Virus record (IMG/VR): IMGVR_UViG_3300020442_000013
Location: 37,245 to 101,244 of that record
Strand: one strand, 5' to 3'
Origin: a virus
Length of the DNA: 64,000 nucleotides
Of the stretch, positions 8,869 to 18,539 are shown in pieces (within the stretch, counting starts at the first letter, position 1; every line of letters starts with the position of its first letter). The position numbers and the translations under genes were made by a program. Below the pieces are notes generated by a model. The model saw only the letters and a list, made by a program, of their open reading frames with translations, searched no databases and was not told where the DNA came from.

Positions 8869-9359
8869 TATTTTCTTTCAAGTTTTTTTGCTTTCTTCTT
8901 AGCCATATCCCATTTTAATTTTGATACTCTATCTTTAAATGTTATGCCTTGCAAATGATCCCACTCGTGTAAAAAACATTTTGCTGAGTATCCTGATATC
9001 TTAGTACTTACCTCTTTCAAATTTTCATCGTACCATTTTGCGAGTATTTCTTTTGGTCTAGTTACTTTTACAAATACATTAGGAAAACTTAGACAGCCTT
9101 CAATGTCTTGTGTTGTTTCTTCGGTGTGTTGTAATACAACTGGATTAATTACAAGTATAGCATTTTCTTTTGTGTCACCCATTACAAATACTTGTGCATC
9201 CATACCTATCTGACTTGCACTTAAACCTATGCCGTGATTTTCAAGCATAAAGTTTGTCATATTTTCTTTTAATTCTTTAGGATCAAAAGATGGATTCTTG
9301 ATATCTACATCTTTTAATTTTTTTTCTAAAAACTCATCCGGGTGATATATTAGTTTCAT
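8868..9359 (-). CDS. def: Peptide deformylase
   Basis: GIGLSASQIG, EGCLS and HEWDHLQG motifs. Confidence 0.95.
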   Translation of the reverse strand: MKLIYHPDEFLEKKLKDVDIKNPSFDPKELKENMTNFMLENHGIGLSASQIGMDAQVFVMGDTKENAILVINPVVLQHTEETTQDIEGCLSFPNVFVKVTRPKEILAKWYDENLKEVSTKISGYSAKCFLHEWDHLQGITFKDRVSKLKWDMAKKKAKKLERK

Positions 9360-10045
9360 AAATTACTTTCCCTTACTACTTCTTTAACAGTTTCAACATC
9401 GCTAATTTGGCGTTTGAATCTTCTAGCCCAATGCTGAGGATCCATAACATTGTAAATAATACTTAATTGTTCATCATTAAACTTACTCATCATTTGCTTA
9501 CCAGATTTACAATTAAGTATTAGCCAAGGACTTACCTTTCCATCTTTGATATGATAGATAGCCCGATTTAAACTTACATAATGGAAATAATGATTCCATA
9601 CACTATTGTTTTCGTCAGCCCAGTCCATCATTGTAATGACCGAACGTTCTAATGCTGTTTGTACACCTTCCTTTTTAATTAGCTCTAAAGCATACTTTTC
9701 GTACATTTCCTCTCTGCACCAATGGTCTAATTTTACACCACTAGTAACAACATAGTCAACATATTTTTCTGGATACAAAGGACGCACATTGTTTACAAAA
9801 CTTCCAAATTTTACAAATGCATTATAATAAGGACTCTTACAAAAATCATCATATGTTTTATCTTTTTTTGATCCTGCACTTAATTTATAAAATTGATTGA
9901 ATGCATATAAACCCAATTGAACACGCTTTTCATTTTTTTGTAACGCTCTTCTTTTTTGTTCACACATATGTACTGCGAGAGTTTTTTCTCGTGTAAAGCC
10001 CGCTCCACAATATTGGCATACATATGGTTTTTCAGAACTTGGCAT
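9356..10045 (-). CDS. Hypothetical protein with an N-terminal C2H2-like zinc finger
   Basis: Probable start ATG 10045: MPSSEKPYVCQYCGAGFTREKTLAVHMC. Confidence 0.7.
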   Translation of the reverse strand: MPSSEKPYVCQYCGAGFTREKTLAVHMCEQKRRALQKNEKRVQLGLYAFNQFYKLSAGSKKDKTYDDFCKSPYYNAFVKFGSFVNNVRPLYPEKYVDYVVTSGVKLDHWCREEMYEKYALELIKKEGVQTALERSVITMMDWADENNSVWNHYFHYVSLNRAIYHIKDGKVSPWLILNCKSGKQMMSKFNDEQLSIIYNVMDPQHWARRFKRQISDVETVKEVVRESNL

Positions 10046-10502
10046 TCTCAATCCCGTGTTCTTCTGCAAGTTCTTTAAGTTCTTTTTTTGTAGATATTGT
10101 AGCAAGTAATTCAACCTCTTTTTGTTTCATGTTAGGGTAAATTTGTTCTAAAAATTTTATTACAGCATTATTATTGGCGCCTTTTTTCTTAAAGCCTATA
10201 TACGGATGGAATTTTATTTTACCCCAAGCACCGCTCATACATAACAGTTGCCACATAAGTTCTTGATGTCCATTTTCTCTACCTACACCTATTGTATTAA
10301 AGTGCTTATTGTAGTATTCATTTGTTTTGAATACTGCGAGCTCCATTTCTTCTCTAGACCCTTGTACGGCGCTTATATAGCGATTAAGAAGCCAAAAAGA
10401 CACCTGTTTACGTTCTTCAATAGAAAGTTCTTTCCATACATTTTTGGCATTCATATCAATTGCCGCTAGTATATCTTTTATTGGGAGTTTCTGCGATGCC
10501 AT
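10032..10502 (-). CDS. Putative clamp-loader small subunit (T4 gp62-like)
   Basis: Size, FWLLNRYIS and FHPYIGFKKK segments resemble gp62-type proteins; replication context. Confidence 0.5.
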   Translation of the reverse strand: MASQKLPIKDILAAIDMNAKNVWKELSIEERKQVSFWLLNRYISAVQGSREEMELAVFKTNEYYNKHFNTIGVGRENGHQELMWQLLCMSGAWGKIKFHPYIGFKKKGANNNAVIKFLEQIYPNMKQKEVELLATISTKKELKELAEEHGIENAKF

Positions 10503-11170
10503 TCTTCAAGTTCCTCAGGAGTGTTTATTTCCATGCCATTAAAATCAACTTCAAACACAGACATACTGTATCCATTCTGTAACCATCTCAGTTGTTCTAA
10601 TTTTTCAATTTGCTCTTCTGTATATTGCATCAAATTTTTGTAATTTGTTAGTGCTTCTTTTGTATATCCGTATACACCAAGATGATGTGAACCATACTCA
10701 AGACTAGATCTACAAAACCAATGTGCTTTGTTATCTGTATGTATAAGTTTAACACTATTAGGATCTTTTTGCAAGTCCTTATTCATCTTTGTATACACGG
10801 TCACAACGTCCTCGCTCAAAGCAAGTCCATTTGCAATACTTTTAATTATTTCAACTGTTATGTCTGGCATGTCACCTTGAACATTGATAATACCATCGTA
10901 AGAATCTAGCATAGGAAAAGCAGAGCATCTTTCTGTGCCGTTATCATAATATTTCTCCATATAAAAGCAGTCGCCTTCAGGAAATAAACTATGCACACGT
11001 TTGCTATCTGTTAAAACATATACGGGAAATCCTGATTCCTTACATCTGTCATAAACTCTTTTTACCATTGGTTTTCCGTTAAGTAAAGCAATAGGTTTTT
11101 CAGGAAATCTAGTACTACCCATTCTTGCAGGAATACAAATTGCATAATTTAAATTTTTATGTTTCATCAT
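10478..11170 (-). CDS. kdsB: 3-deoxy-manno-octulosonate cytidylyltransferase (CMP-Kdo synthetase)
   Basis: IPARMGSTRFPEKP, NGTER, INVQGD, HLGVYGY, EKLEQLRWL. Confidence 0.9.
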   Translation of the reverse strand: MMKHKNLNYAICIPARMGSTRFPEKPIALLNGKPMVKRVYDRCKESGFPVYVLTDSKRVHSLFPEGDCFYMEKYYDNGTERCSAFPMLDSYDGIINVQGDMPDITVEIIKSIANGLALSEDVVTVYTKMNKDLQKDPNSVKLIHTDNKAHWFCRSSLEYGSHHLGVYGYTKEALTNYKNLMQYTEEQIEKLEQLRWLQNGYSMSVFEVDFNGMEINTPEELEEWHRRNSQ

Positions 11171-11484
11171 ACTGCTCCGAAATAATATTTAAATAAGCCC
11201 ATTAATAAAATTGTTGCAAGTGTGCCGTTAAGCATTGTTAAAGCTCTATCATGCCAAAGCATTCCTACCCATAACCAGCCAAGTGTTCCTGCAAAACTAA
11301 ACCATAAATCAATTAAAGGTATGCCAGCACTTCTTGCGGCTACGGCAATTAATATTAAAGCACTAGAGGCCCATTTAACATACCAACTTAAATCTCCTTT
11401 AGGTGTCACTTTTTTAAACACCCTTGTAGAATTAAGAGCTTTTATTTTATCATCTAATTTTTCTTTTATAGGCTCTATCGTCAT
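11167..11484 (-). CDS. Small membrane protein
   Basis: Three hydrophobic helices; WYVKW...LWVGMLWHDRAL..LN pattern. Confidence 0.6.
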   Translation of the reverse strand: MTIEPIKEKLDDKIKALNSTRVFKKVTPKGDLSWYVKWASSALILIAVAARSAGIPLIDLWFSFAGTLGWLWVGMLWHDRALTMLNGTLATILLMGLFKYYFGAV

Positions 11485-11705
11485 TTCTCCAATTCGTCCC
11501 ATTCTTCATCATCCTTATAAAAATCTGGACATCCGTCATCTGTACAATAATTAGGATCTACCTTTTCTATTTCCGATGTATCGCCCGATCCTAATGCTTC
11601 AAAAAATTTGGATAATGTAGAAGTTTGTTCTTTTACAGATTGGCAAGCGGTTAACATTGCCAAACACATTAATATTAAAATTTTATTCTTTAAGCTCTTC
11701 TGCAT
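11481..11705 (-). CDS. Small lipoprotein
   Basis: Basic N-terminus, hydrophobic core, lipobox LTA-C. Confidence 0.6.
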   Translation of the reverse strand: MQKSLKNKILILMCLAMLTACQSVKEQTSTLSKFFEALGSGDTSEIEKVDPNYCTDDGCPDFYKDDEEWDELEK

Positions 11706-11958
11706 CTTTTATAGTATAATACATTAACAGTATTCTGTCAAGTTGTTTTTTTAATACTTTATGATTTTGAGCAAGTTTTAACATATGCCTCCATTCAGCA
11801 TGGGAAAATAAATCACCAGTTTCTCTAGATATCGCGTTTGGATCTCCTCCAACTATCCATCTAGGAATTGTATTGTGTGGGGGGTCTCGATAACGAGCGA
11901 ACACAACACCGTTGGCCCGCTCGTATATCAAAGGTTGATTTGGAATCAATCTCGACAA
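11683..11958 (-). CDS. Hypothetical protein
   Basis: 91-aa ORF with AGGAG SD; LIYER.NGVVFAR motif. Confidence 0.55.
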   Translation of the reverse strand: MSRLIPNQPLIYERANGVVFARYRDPPHNTIPRWIVGGDPNAISRETGDLFSHAEWRHMLKLAQNHKVLKKQLDRILLMYYTIKDAEELKE

Positions 11959-11969
11959 CCATGTTCTCC

Positions 11970-13262
11970 TTACACGGCTACGAAATAAACTACACTTATT
12001 GCTGCTATAGCTAGGCTACCTGCATTAAGTTCATCATGCTTACCACTAAGTGCTTTGATAACTGCATAAGCAATAAAGCCTAATGCAATACCATGAGCAA
12101 TACTAAAAGTCAACGGCATAAGCACAGCCGCTAATACTGCTGGTGCATACTCAGTAACATCATCCCAATCAATGTCTGCAATGTTACGTAAAAAGTATGT
12201 GGCAATAAAGATTAATGCTGGTGCTGTTGCAAATGCTGGAATACTTTGTGCTAGTGGAGCAAAGAATAAGCAAGCCGCAAACAATACTGCTACTGTTACA
12301 GCCGTTAATCCTGTTTTACCACCTTCTTTGATTCCTGCACCGCTTTCAATATACGATGTGGTATTCGATGTACCAACTAAGGCTCCTGCTGAAGTAGCTA
12401 CAGAGTCTGCTAGTAAGGCTCTATCGATACCTTCTACTTCTCCATCATCATTAACTTTTCCTGTCAGATTAGCAACACTAGTAAGTGTTCCTGCCGTATC
12501 AAAAAAGTCAACAAACAAAAATGCAAAAGCAGTACCAATAAATCCTGCGGTAGCAATCATACTAAAGTCTAAACTAAAAGCATGTTCTGGACTAGGAATA
12601 GCACCTGCAAATCCGTTTAGATCAGCAATACCAAAAATCCAAGCAATAATACTTACTGCAAGAATACCAATAATAATTGCACCTGGTACTTTACGTTTGT
12701 CAAGCATTGCCATAATAACAAAACCAAGTCCTGTTAGTAACACAGGCCAACTTGCAACATCGCCTAACCCTACAAGTGTTGCTGGATTGTCAACTACTAC
12801 GCCTGCATTTTTCAAACCAATAATGGCTAGAAAAAGCCCAATACCTGCACCTACACCCAATTTCATTGATTTGGGAATACTATTAATAATGTATTTACGA
12901 GCTGGTGTTACACTCAGTCCGATAAACACAATACCGGCTACAAATACTGCTGCCAATGCTTGTTGGAATGTATAACCCATTCCAAAGATTACACCAAACG
13001 TAAAGAACGCATTAAGTCCCATACCTGGTGCTAGTGCTACAGGCCAATTAGCCCATAACCCCATTATCAGGGTACCGATCACTGCGGCAATGATAGTTGC
13101 CGTAAAGACAGCGCCAAAGCCCATACCTGTTCCTTCTGTTGAAAGAATAGCTGGGTTGACTACAGTAATATAAGCCATCGTAAGAAAAGTTGCGATACCT
13201 GCCATTACTTCTGTCCTAACGGTAGTTTTGGCTTTTTCAAGCCCAAAGAGTTTTTCTAACAT
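11970..13262 (-). CDS. NCS2/AzgA-family purine (adenine/guanine/hypoxanthine) permease
   Basis: TTVRTEVMAG.ATFLTMAYI..VNP, APGMGLNAFF, DFFDTAGTL, TSYIESGAGIKEGGKTGLTA; many TM helices. Confidence 0.93.
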   Translation of the reverse strand: MLEKLFGLEKAKTTVRTEVMAGIATFLTMAYITVVNPAILSTEGTGMGFGAVFTATIIAAVIGTLIMGLWANWPVALAPGMGLNAFFTFGVIFGMGYTFQQALAAVFVAGIVFIGLSVTPARKYIINSIPKSMKLGVGAGIGLFLAIIGLKNAGVVVDNPATLVGLGDVASWPVLLTGLGFVIMAMLDKRKVPGAIIIGILAVSIIAWIFGIADLNGFAGAIPSPEHAFSLDFSMIATAGFIGTAFAFLFVDFFDTAGTLTSVANLTGKVNDDGEVEGIDRALLADSVATSAGALVGTSNTTSYIESGAGIKEGGKTGLTAVTVAVLFAACLFFAPLAQSIPAFATAPALIFIATYFLRNIADIDWDDVTEYAPAVLAAVLMPLTFSIAHGIALGFIAYAVIKALSGKHDELNAGSLAIAAISVVYFVAV

Positions 13263-13273
13263 TTTTTTCTCCG

Positions 13274-13621
13274 TTATATTTTAGTGCCAACTGTTCGACG
13301 AACAATGTCGTCATGATTAAACTCAGCCCAATAAAGTTCAAAAGCGACACCGTCTTCTAAACCTTCAAATTGATGGACTTTGCCCGGCTTCACTTGAGTG
13401 AAGTCACCTGGACCAAGAATTGTTTCATCAACTAATCCTTCTTGGTCATCTTGCCAAACACGGACAATCATTTTGCCCGATTCAACAAAGAATCCGTTCC
13501 ATTTAAATTTATGCTCATGTTCTGAACATTTAAAGCCAGCATTAAATTCAATACGGTGAAATTCTAGTACACCATTTGCATGAATTAATTCTGTCTGACC
13601 CCATATCTTTCCTGCTTTCAT
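13274..13621 (-). CDS. Cupin-domain protein (sugar isomerase-like)
   Basis: K.WG...CSEHEH..K...F.VESG...PGKVHQF cupin motifs; start ATG 13621 with AAGGAG SD. Confidence 0.75.
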   Translation of the reverse strand: MKAGKIWGQTELIHANGVLEFHRIEFNAGFKCSEHEHKFKWNGFFVESGKMIVRVWQDDQEGLVDETILGPGDFTQVKPGKVHQFEGLEDGVAFELYWAEFNHDDIVRRTVGTKI

Positions 13622-13632
13622 CTTCGTCTCCT

Positions 13633-14139
13633 TTACAATATTAAACCATAATCTATTATTTCTGATTGGCGTGATATTTCTTTGATAAAATATGCACAAA
13701 GCGGGTTGTCTCCTTCAGTAATAGGAACTGCTAATAATTGTCCGTTTTTTACTTTAGGAAAATACCATTTTACATCATTGTAAAAATTGGTAATTTTTAT
13801 TTCTCCATAATCGATCTTGTAACTAGATATAGGATTGAATAAGAAAGCTTCGAATCCCCTATTGTTAATACTAGTTAAGGGAAGAACTTCTATATCATTT
13901 CCACTAGTACTATCGCCAACTGCAATAGACCAATCTAATGGCATCATTATTTCTTTACCAGCTATTTCTAAAACCATTGCTGGTGCATTAAAACTTTCAA
14001 GAAAAATTAGCGGTATAAAAAAGAAATCAGGATCTTTTGGATCACTATTATCTAATACTGCAAATCTTATATCTTCTTCAAGTTCATCAGGTAAGTTGGT
14101 TAATGGAAAACACTTATCCTCTAATGTTAATATTCTCAT
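13633..14139 (-). CDS. Hypothetical phage protein downstream of UvsW
   Basis: 168-aa ORF with SD; no confident function. Confidence 0.6.
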   Translation of the reverse strand: MRILTLEDKCFPLTNLPDELEEDIRFAVLDNSDPKDPDFFFIPLIFLESFNAPAMVLEIAGKEIMMPLDWSIAVGDSTSGNDIEVLPLTSINNRGFEAFLFNPISSYKIDYGEIKITNFYNDVKWYFPKVKNGQLLAVPITEGDNPLCAYFIKEISRQSEIIDYGLIL

Positions 14140-14150
14140 ATATTATTCCT

Positions 14151-15608
14151 TTAATTCCATTCAACCTTTTCAATGCTGAAGGGATATTCTGCTTCTTTGT
14201 AAAATTTTTTACGTTGAGTTAAATGTCTTTTTGCAAATTTGCATGTAGATGTAAGATCCCATATTTGCACAAAATCTTTGTCTTTAGCTTTTCTCACACC
14301 ACGACCGATACTTTGGATTACACGAACGAATGACTTACCAGGCTCAATAAGCACGAGATTAAAAATACGTGGAATATTAATTCCCACCGACGCAACTCCA
14401 TAGGTCGCGATAACCACGTGATTACTTCCTTCGTTAATTTCGTCATATGCCTCCTTTCGATCTTTTAGTTTGACATCGCCTTTAACAAAAACGCTATTAG
14501 GGATTAACTGCTGAAGTAATTCTCCAGCAGATATTCTGTCCACTAATATAAGGGTATTGCCTGTTTGTGATATTGTATTTAACAGTTTGCCTAAATAATT
14601 TATCCTGTCTTTATTAGTGACAAGATATTTTAATTCTTCTTGATAATTTTTGTGTGCTACTGTATCTATAAGTTGCACAACATTTACATGACAGTTAGAA
14701 AGCACTCCTTTGTCTTGTAATTCTTTTGCTGTAACTTGACCTATCACAGGACCTAAACTTGCATGTATGCTTTCAAATTCAAATTTTTCTTTTGGAATAG
14801 TGCCAGTTAGTCCCCATCGTATAGGTGCATTGCGTAAGTTTTGTGTTAATAATTTTTTCAGTACTTCAGCTTTTGCTTGATGTACTTCGTCAATAATTAT
14901 TGTACTTACACCTTCAAGAAACTCTGCAAGACTCAATAATGCTTCGCCGTCTTTAGATTTTTTGTCTAATATATTTAAAGACTGCCAAGTACATATTGTA
15001 TGAGTTTTGCCTAGTTCTTTTCTGTCGCCAAAGTAAACACCTACGTCCAACCCACAGTTAATATAATCTTCCTCAGTCTGCGTGACTAGACTTTTATTAG
15101 GAACAATTACCAGACTACGTCCGTACGTGTCTGTGATGTTGCTTAAGGTGGCAGTAATAATAGTTTTACCGGCTCCGGTTGCGACTTCTTGTAATGATTG
15201 AGGATTTTCTAAAAAGTTATTGATTACCTCTACTTGATAATCACGCAAACGAATTTTTTCACCCTCAGCAGGATGTCCCTTTGGCCATGTTTTATCACCC
15301 CAGTAGTCTGAAGCAATTGGATCAAACTTTAAGTCTACAGTTTCTCGTCTATCTTCAATATCTACAATTTCAACGTTAGACTTGTGTAACACATCTGTAA
15401 TAACATCAAGATGATTAACATATCCTGTACCGCCGATACCAAAAAAAGCAACCTTTCCGTCCCATCTGCCTAGTTTATATTGTGGCATATAACGAGCATA
15501 CGGAACTTCAAACTTTAAAGAATTTGCAATTCTTCTTCGGACATCGACTTCAAGTCCGACAAGTTTAATGTTTACTTCATCTTCAATTATTAATTTACAT
15601 GTAGCCAT
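14151..15608 (-). CDS. uvsW: SF2 DNA helicase (UvsW)
   Basis: LRDYQ, ATGAGKT, DEVH, GLTGT, QSIGRGVR. Confidence 0.92.
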   Translation of the reverse strand: MATCKLIIEDEVNIKLVGLEVDVRRRIANSLKFEVPYARYMPQYKLGRWDGKVAFFGIGGTGYVNHLDVITDVLHKSNVEIVDIEDRRETVDLKFDPIASDYWGDKTWPKGHPAEGEKIRLRDYQVEVINNFLENPQSLQEVATGAGKTIITATLSNITDTYGRSLVIVPNKSLVTQTEEDYINCGLDVGVYFGDRKELGKTHTICTWQSLNILDKKSKDGEALLSLAEFLEGVSTIIIDEVHQAKAEVLKKLLTQNLRNAPIRWGLTGTIPKEKFEFESIHASLGPVIGQVTAKELQDKGVLSNCHVNVVQLIDTVAHKNYQEELKYLVTNKDRINYLGKLLNTISQTGNTLILVDRISAGELLQQLIPNSVFVKGDVKLKDRKEAYDEINEGSNHVVIATYGVASVGINIPRIFNLVLIEPGKSFVRVIQSIGRGVRKAKDKDFVQIWDLTSTCKFAKRHLTQRKKFYKEAEYPFSIEKVEWN

Positions 15609-15609
15609 A

Positions 15610-16821
15610 TTATAAAGTTTGTACCTTTACACGGTTAAATGGACTAATATCAGTATCATAATGTATTATCAAATCCAAAGGATTTACATAATCAGATACT
15701 TTGGCATGCATTCTTACACTACCAAAAGTTAAAACTGTATTAGGTCTCCATTCGCTCTTAAGTAACGGTTTAGGAAACTTATTGCTATTAATATACACTA
15801 CTTTTGTGTTTGTGTCAAGTGGATTATTTAATTTGTTCAATTTAACATATTCATTAAATTCTCGATTTATTCCTTTGTCATTGTCTACCCTAAATAAAAC
15901 ACTCATATCTTGTTTAAAAATTATATTATTCAGACCTTTGTTAATTTTTACTAATCCTTCTAAGGGCGATTCTATTGGTAAAATTACTAATAAAGGAAAT
16001 CTATTCAATTCTAATAAACTTTCTAAAACACGTTCTATAGGATATACATTTGGTGGTACTACTACATTGTATTCTTGCCGTGTTACAATTTTCTTACTCA
16101 AAACAGTTAAAGCATTTAAACTATCTTCTAGCTCTTGTTGGTCGAAATGATAAAGGCCAAGTTGATCTTTGCGGTCATTATATATTGCTAGATTATCTTT
16201 TGTAGGCTCGCCAATTGACGAGATCATAAAATTAATTGCTTTGTCAGAAAGATTTTTTAGTTTGAAAGAATAAATGCCTGGTATATAATCGTCTTCGTTA
16301 TTACTCATTGCTTCTACCTTTTCATAAAAAGTTAACAACTCAGGTTGTATATCAAAGTTGCTATTTTTAAAATTTTGTATTACTTTAAATACATTCTGTT
16401 CATTAAAAGGAAAATAATGTATTTTATTTTTGCTATCATATATATGGCCCTGGGTGCCTGACTTTGCCTTTTCAATCGCGTTAATTAGTTTTTTGTTGAA
16501 TATAAATTTTACTGCAATAACAAGTTCTTCAGCGTTGTTATATTGTAATGTTATGGATTTTTCTCTGTCTAATTTTCTTAAAGGAATGCGTAGATTGTCT
16601 AACGAATCGTGTATGTTATGGTCATACATATCATTATAACAAACAAGTTTTGTCTTTAACAATGCATGTTGTCTATCAGTAAGACCTATACCTCTTACAG
16701 TTTGTCTACCTATGCTTGTAAGTATAGTATAATCTTCTTTCTTCATTGTAAATTTTCCAGGTTCTGCGTTCTGAAATCCTACAAGAAGTTCAAGACAATC
16801 CTCTATAGTTTTTGTATTCAT
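15610..16821 (-). CDS. Hypothetical protein upstream of UvsW
   Basis: Long ORF; likely start ATG 16821, 6 nt after a sigma70 -10 box. Confidence 0.65.
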   Translation of the reverse strand: MNTKTIEDCLELLVGFQNAEPGKFTMKKEDYTILTSIGRQTVRGIGLTDRQHALLKTKLVCYNDMYDHNIHDSLDNLRIPLRKLDREKSITLQYNNAEELVIAVKFIFNKKLINAIEKAKSGTQGHIYDSKNKIHYFPFNEQNVFKVIQNFKNSNFDIQPELLTFYEKVEAMSNNEDDYIPGIYSFKLKNLSDKAINFMISSIGEPTKDNLAIYNDRKDQLGLYHFDQQELEDSLNALTVLSKKIVTRQEYNVVVPPNVYPIERVLESLLELNRFPLLVILPIESPLEGLVKINKGLNNIIFKQDMSVLFRVDNDKGINREFNEYVKLNKLNNPLDTNTKVVYINSNKFPKPLLKSEWRPNTVLTFGSVRMHAKVSDYVNPLDLIIHYDTDISPFNRVKVQTL

Positions 16822-16827
16822 GTATAC

Positions 16828-16856
16828 ATTATACAAGATTATAACTTAAAAGTCAA
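16828..16856 (-). promoter_or_regulatory. Sigma70-type promoter (TTGACT-17-TATAAT), 6 nt from ATG
   Basis: ttgact tttaagttataatcttg tataat gtatac ATG. Confidence 0.75.
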
Positions 16857-17672
16857 GTGTTTATGCGGTATTCCTGCAGATATTTCTTCGATAGTGTATT
16901 CTGTATGTGCGTAATCATTAAGCCATTGTTGTCTATCAGTAAGGTTAGGAGAATTAATATCTTTCAAATCTTTGTTTGCAACTTCATATGCTAAACTACT
17001 AGGTCCTGTAAATGCAGGTACGCCTGCAAGTATACTATGTATGCCTGGATTGCTAGACCAACTTACAGTTGCCCATGCACCTTTGAATGACATATCAAAA
17101 TCATCATATGTGTTAGGAATTTTTTTTGGTTCTTGCCTGCGTACATTTTTCCATTCTCGCTCTATGTCTGGTAACCAACATCTTGGGTGTGGCCTAAATA
17201 TTATTGGCAAATTACAATGAAGTTTAATTGTATCAATTGTCTTGATTACCCAATTTGCCATTGACCCCATATTTTTCCATTGTAGACTTTTGTCATGTTG
17301 ACCACAAATTAAAATATGTTCTCCGCTAGTTCTCCAAGGTTGTAATTTAAGTCCTAGTTTTTCGGCTCTACTGCTATCATTTCCTTTAGGGCCAAAATAC
17401 GCATCTCTGTTTATTCCGTTAAGTCCAACTTTCCAGGTTGTACCTCTTTTTATTCCACCAACTTCTAATACAATCGTTGGTTTACCTTGCTCCCAGACTT
17501 CTTTGTTTCTCGCCATTCGACCATGAAACAATACGCTCCAAATAACATTAACATCGGCACTAGGATCATTATACACAACATCAATCCCGTGATGTACACA
17601 GCCGTCAGCAAAAGCACTGAAAACAGGCTGACTATTAAGTGCGCCATAGTCTGTCCATAAACTAACTTTCAT
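16839..17672 (-). CDS. Capsule-polysaccharide-synthesis (KpsS/KpsC-like) glycosyltransferase
   Basis: ILICGQ..D.S, IIFRPHP, TVSWSSNPGI.SILAGVP; paralog of the next two such domains. Confidence 0.6.
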   Translation of the reverse strand: MKVSLWTDYGALNSQPVFSAFADGCVHHGIDVVYNDPSADVNVIWSVLFHGRMARNKEVWEQGKPTIVLEVGGIKRGTTWKVGLNGINRDAYFGPKGNDSSRAEKLGLKLQPWRTSGEHILICGQHDKSLQWKNMGSMANWVIKTIDTIKLHCNLPIIFRPHPRCWLPDIEREWKNVRRQEPKKIPNTYDDFDMSFKGAWATVSWSSNPGIHSILAGVPAFTGPSSLAYEVANKDLKDINSPNLTDRQQWLNDYAHTEYTIEEISAGIPHKHLTFKL

Positions 17673-18501
17673 TCCAGTATGATTCATTTCTTTGGTTAAT
17701 TAAATCTTTTGTTAAACTTTTTCCAGTGTCTTTACGAGCACCTTTGAGATGGTCCATCCATCTACCCAATTCACAGTTAATAAGTGGATGACCACCTCCA
17801 CCTGTAATTGCGCCTTTCATTATCATATCTTCTGTATAATCTAAAACGTTAGAATATTCTATTTTCATTTTATTTAGAATATGTCCAAAAACAAAACTAT
17901 CATGCCATTCTTCTAATAAAAAAATTCCGTTTTCTGCATCTTCATATACTCTTTCAAATTCTGCCATAAATTTTTTACATATTTCATTCTTAACATTTAA
18001 ACCGTAAAATCCACATTCTGGCCATGTTTGAGAACCTTTGCCTCTACCAACATATGTTATCCATTTATCATTTGGCAATAGTTCAGCAAACTGTTCATAA
18101 GTCCAAGCACTATGAATAAACGTATCTGCATCCATCCATATACACCAGTCCTTAGAGCGTCTTACAGCGTCATACACAGCATATGTTTTGTTAGCGAACC
18201 GTATGGCATCCCATTTAAATTCTTTATGATGATCCCTTGGTCTGCGTTCTGGCCACGGGCATTTACCATTTGCCTTAGGAACATTTTTCCATTTGTTTTT
18301 AAAATTATTTAATTTTGGTAATGCTTCAAAAGAATCTAATATAGTTATTTGTTCAGGATCAGGATTTACTGGGTTACAAGATTCTGCATATACTAGTAGT
18401 TTGATACGTTTGTCAACCTGTTCTGCAAAACTATTTAAAAAACGCTGTCCATATTTGTCCAATCCTGGTTGGTGAAAAGTTGTCAGCACTAATATTTCCA
18501 T
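17662..18501 (-). CDS. GT-A fold glycosyltransferase
   Basis: DAIRFANK, WMDAD (DxD), ECGFYG, EWHDSFVF, DHLKG.RK. Confidence 0.7.
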   Translation of the reverse strand: MEILVLTTFHQPGLDKYGQRFLNSFAEQVDKRIKLLVYAESCNPVNPDPEQITILDSFEALPKLNNFKNKWKNVPKANGKCPWPERRPRDHHKEFKWDAIRFANKTYAVYDAVRRSKDWCIWMDADTFIHSAWTYEQFAELLPNDKWITYVGRGKGSQTWPECGFYGLNVKNEICKKFMAEFERVYEDAENGIFLLEEWHDSFVFGHILNKMKIEYSNVLDYTEDMIMKGAITGGGGHPLINCELGRWMDHLKGARKDTGKSLTKDLINQRNESYWNES

Positions 18502-18539
18502 TTCATTAAATCCTTGTGTTAATTGCCATGCATTAAATG

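Noticed and set aside
12172-12975. 267-aa plus-strand ORF
   Set aside because: Antisense shadow of the NCS2 permease; biased composition, no motifs.
13633-14139. Possible stand-alone Hint/intein-like fold next to uvsW
   Set aside because: Only a vague beta-strand pattern; no N-terminal Cys/Ser, TxxH or terminal His-Asn. Needs structure prediction.
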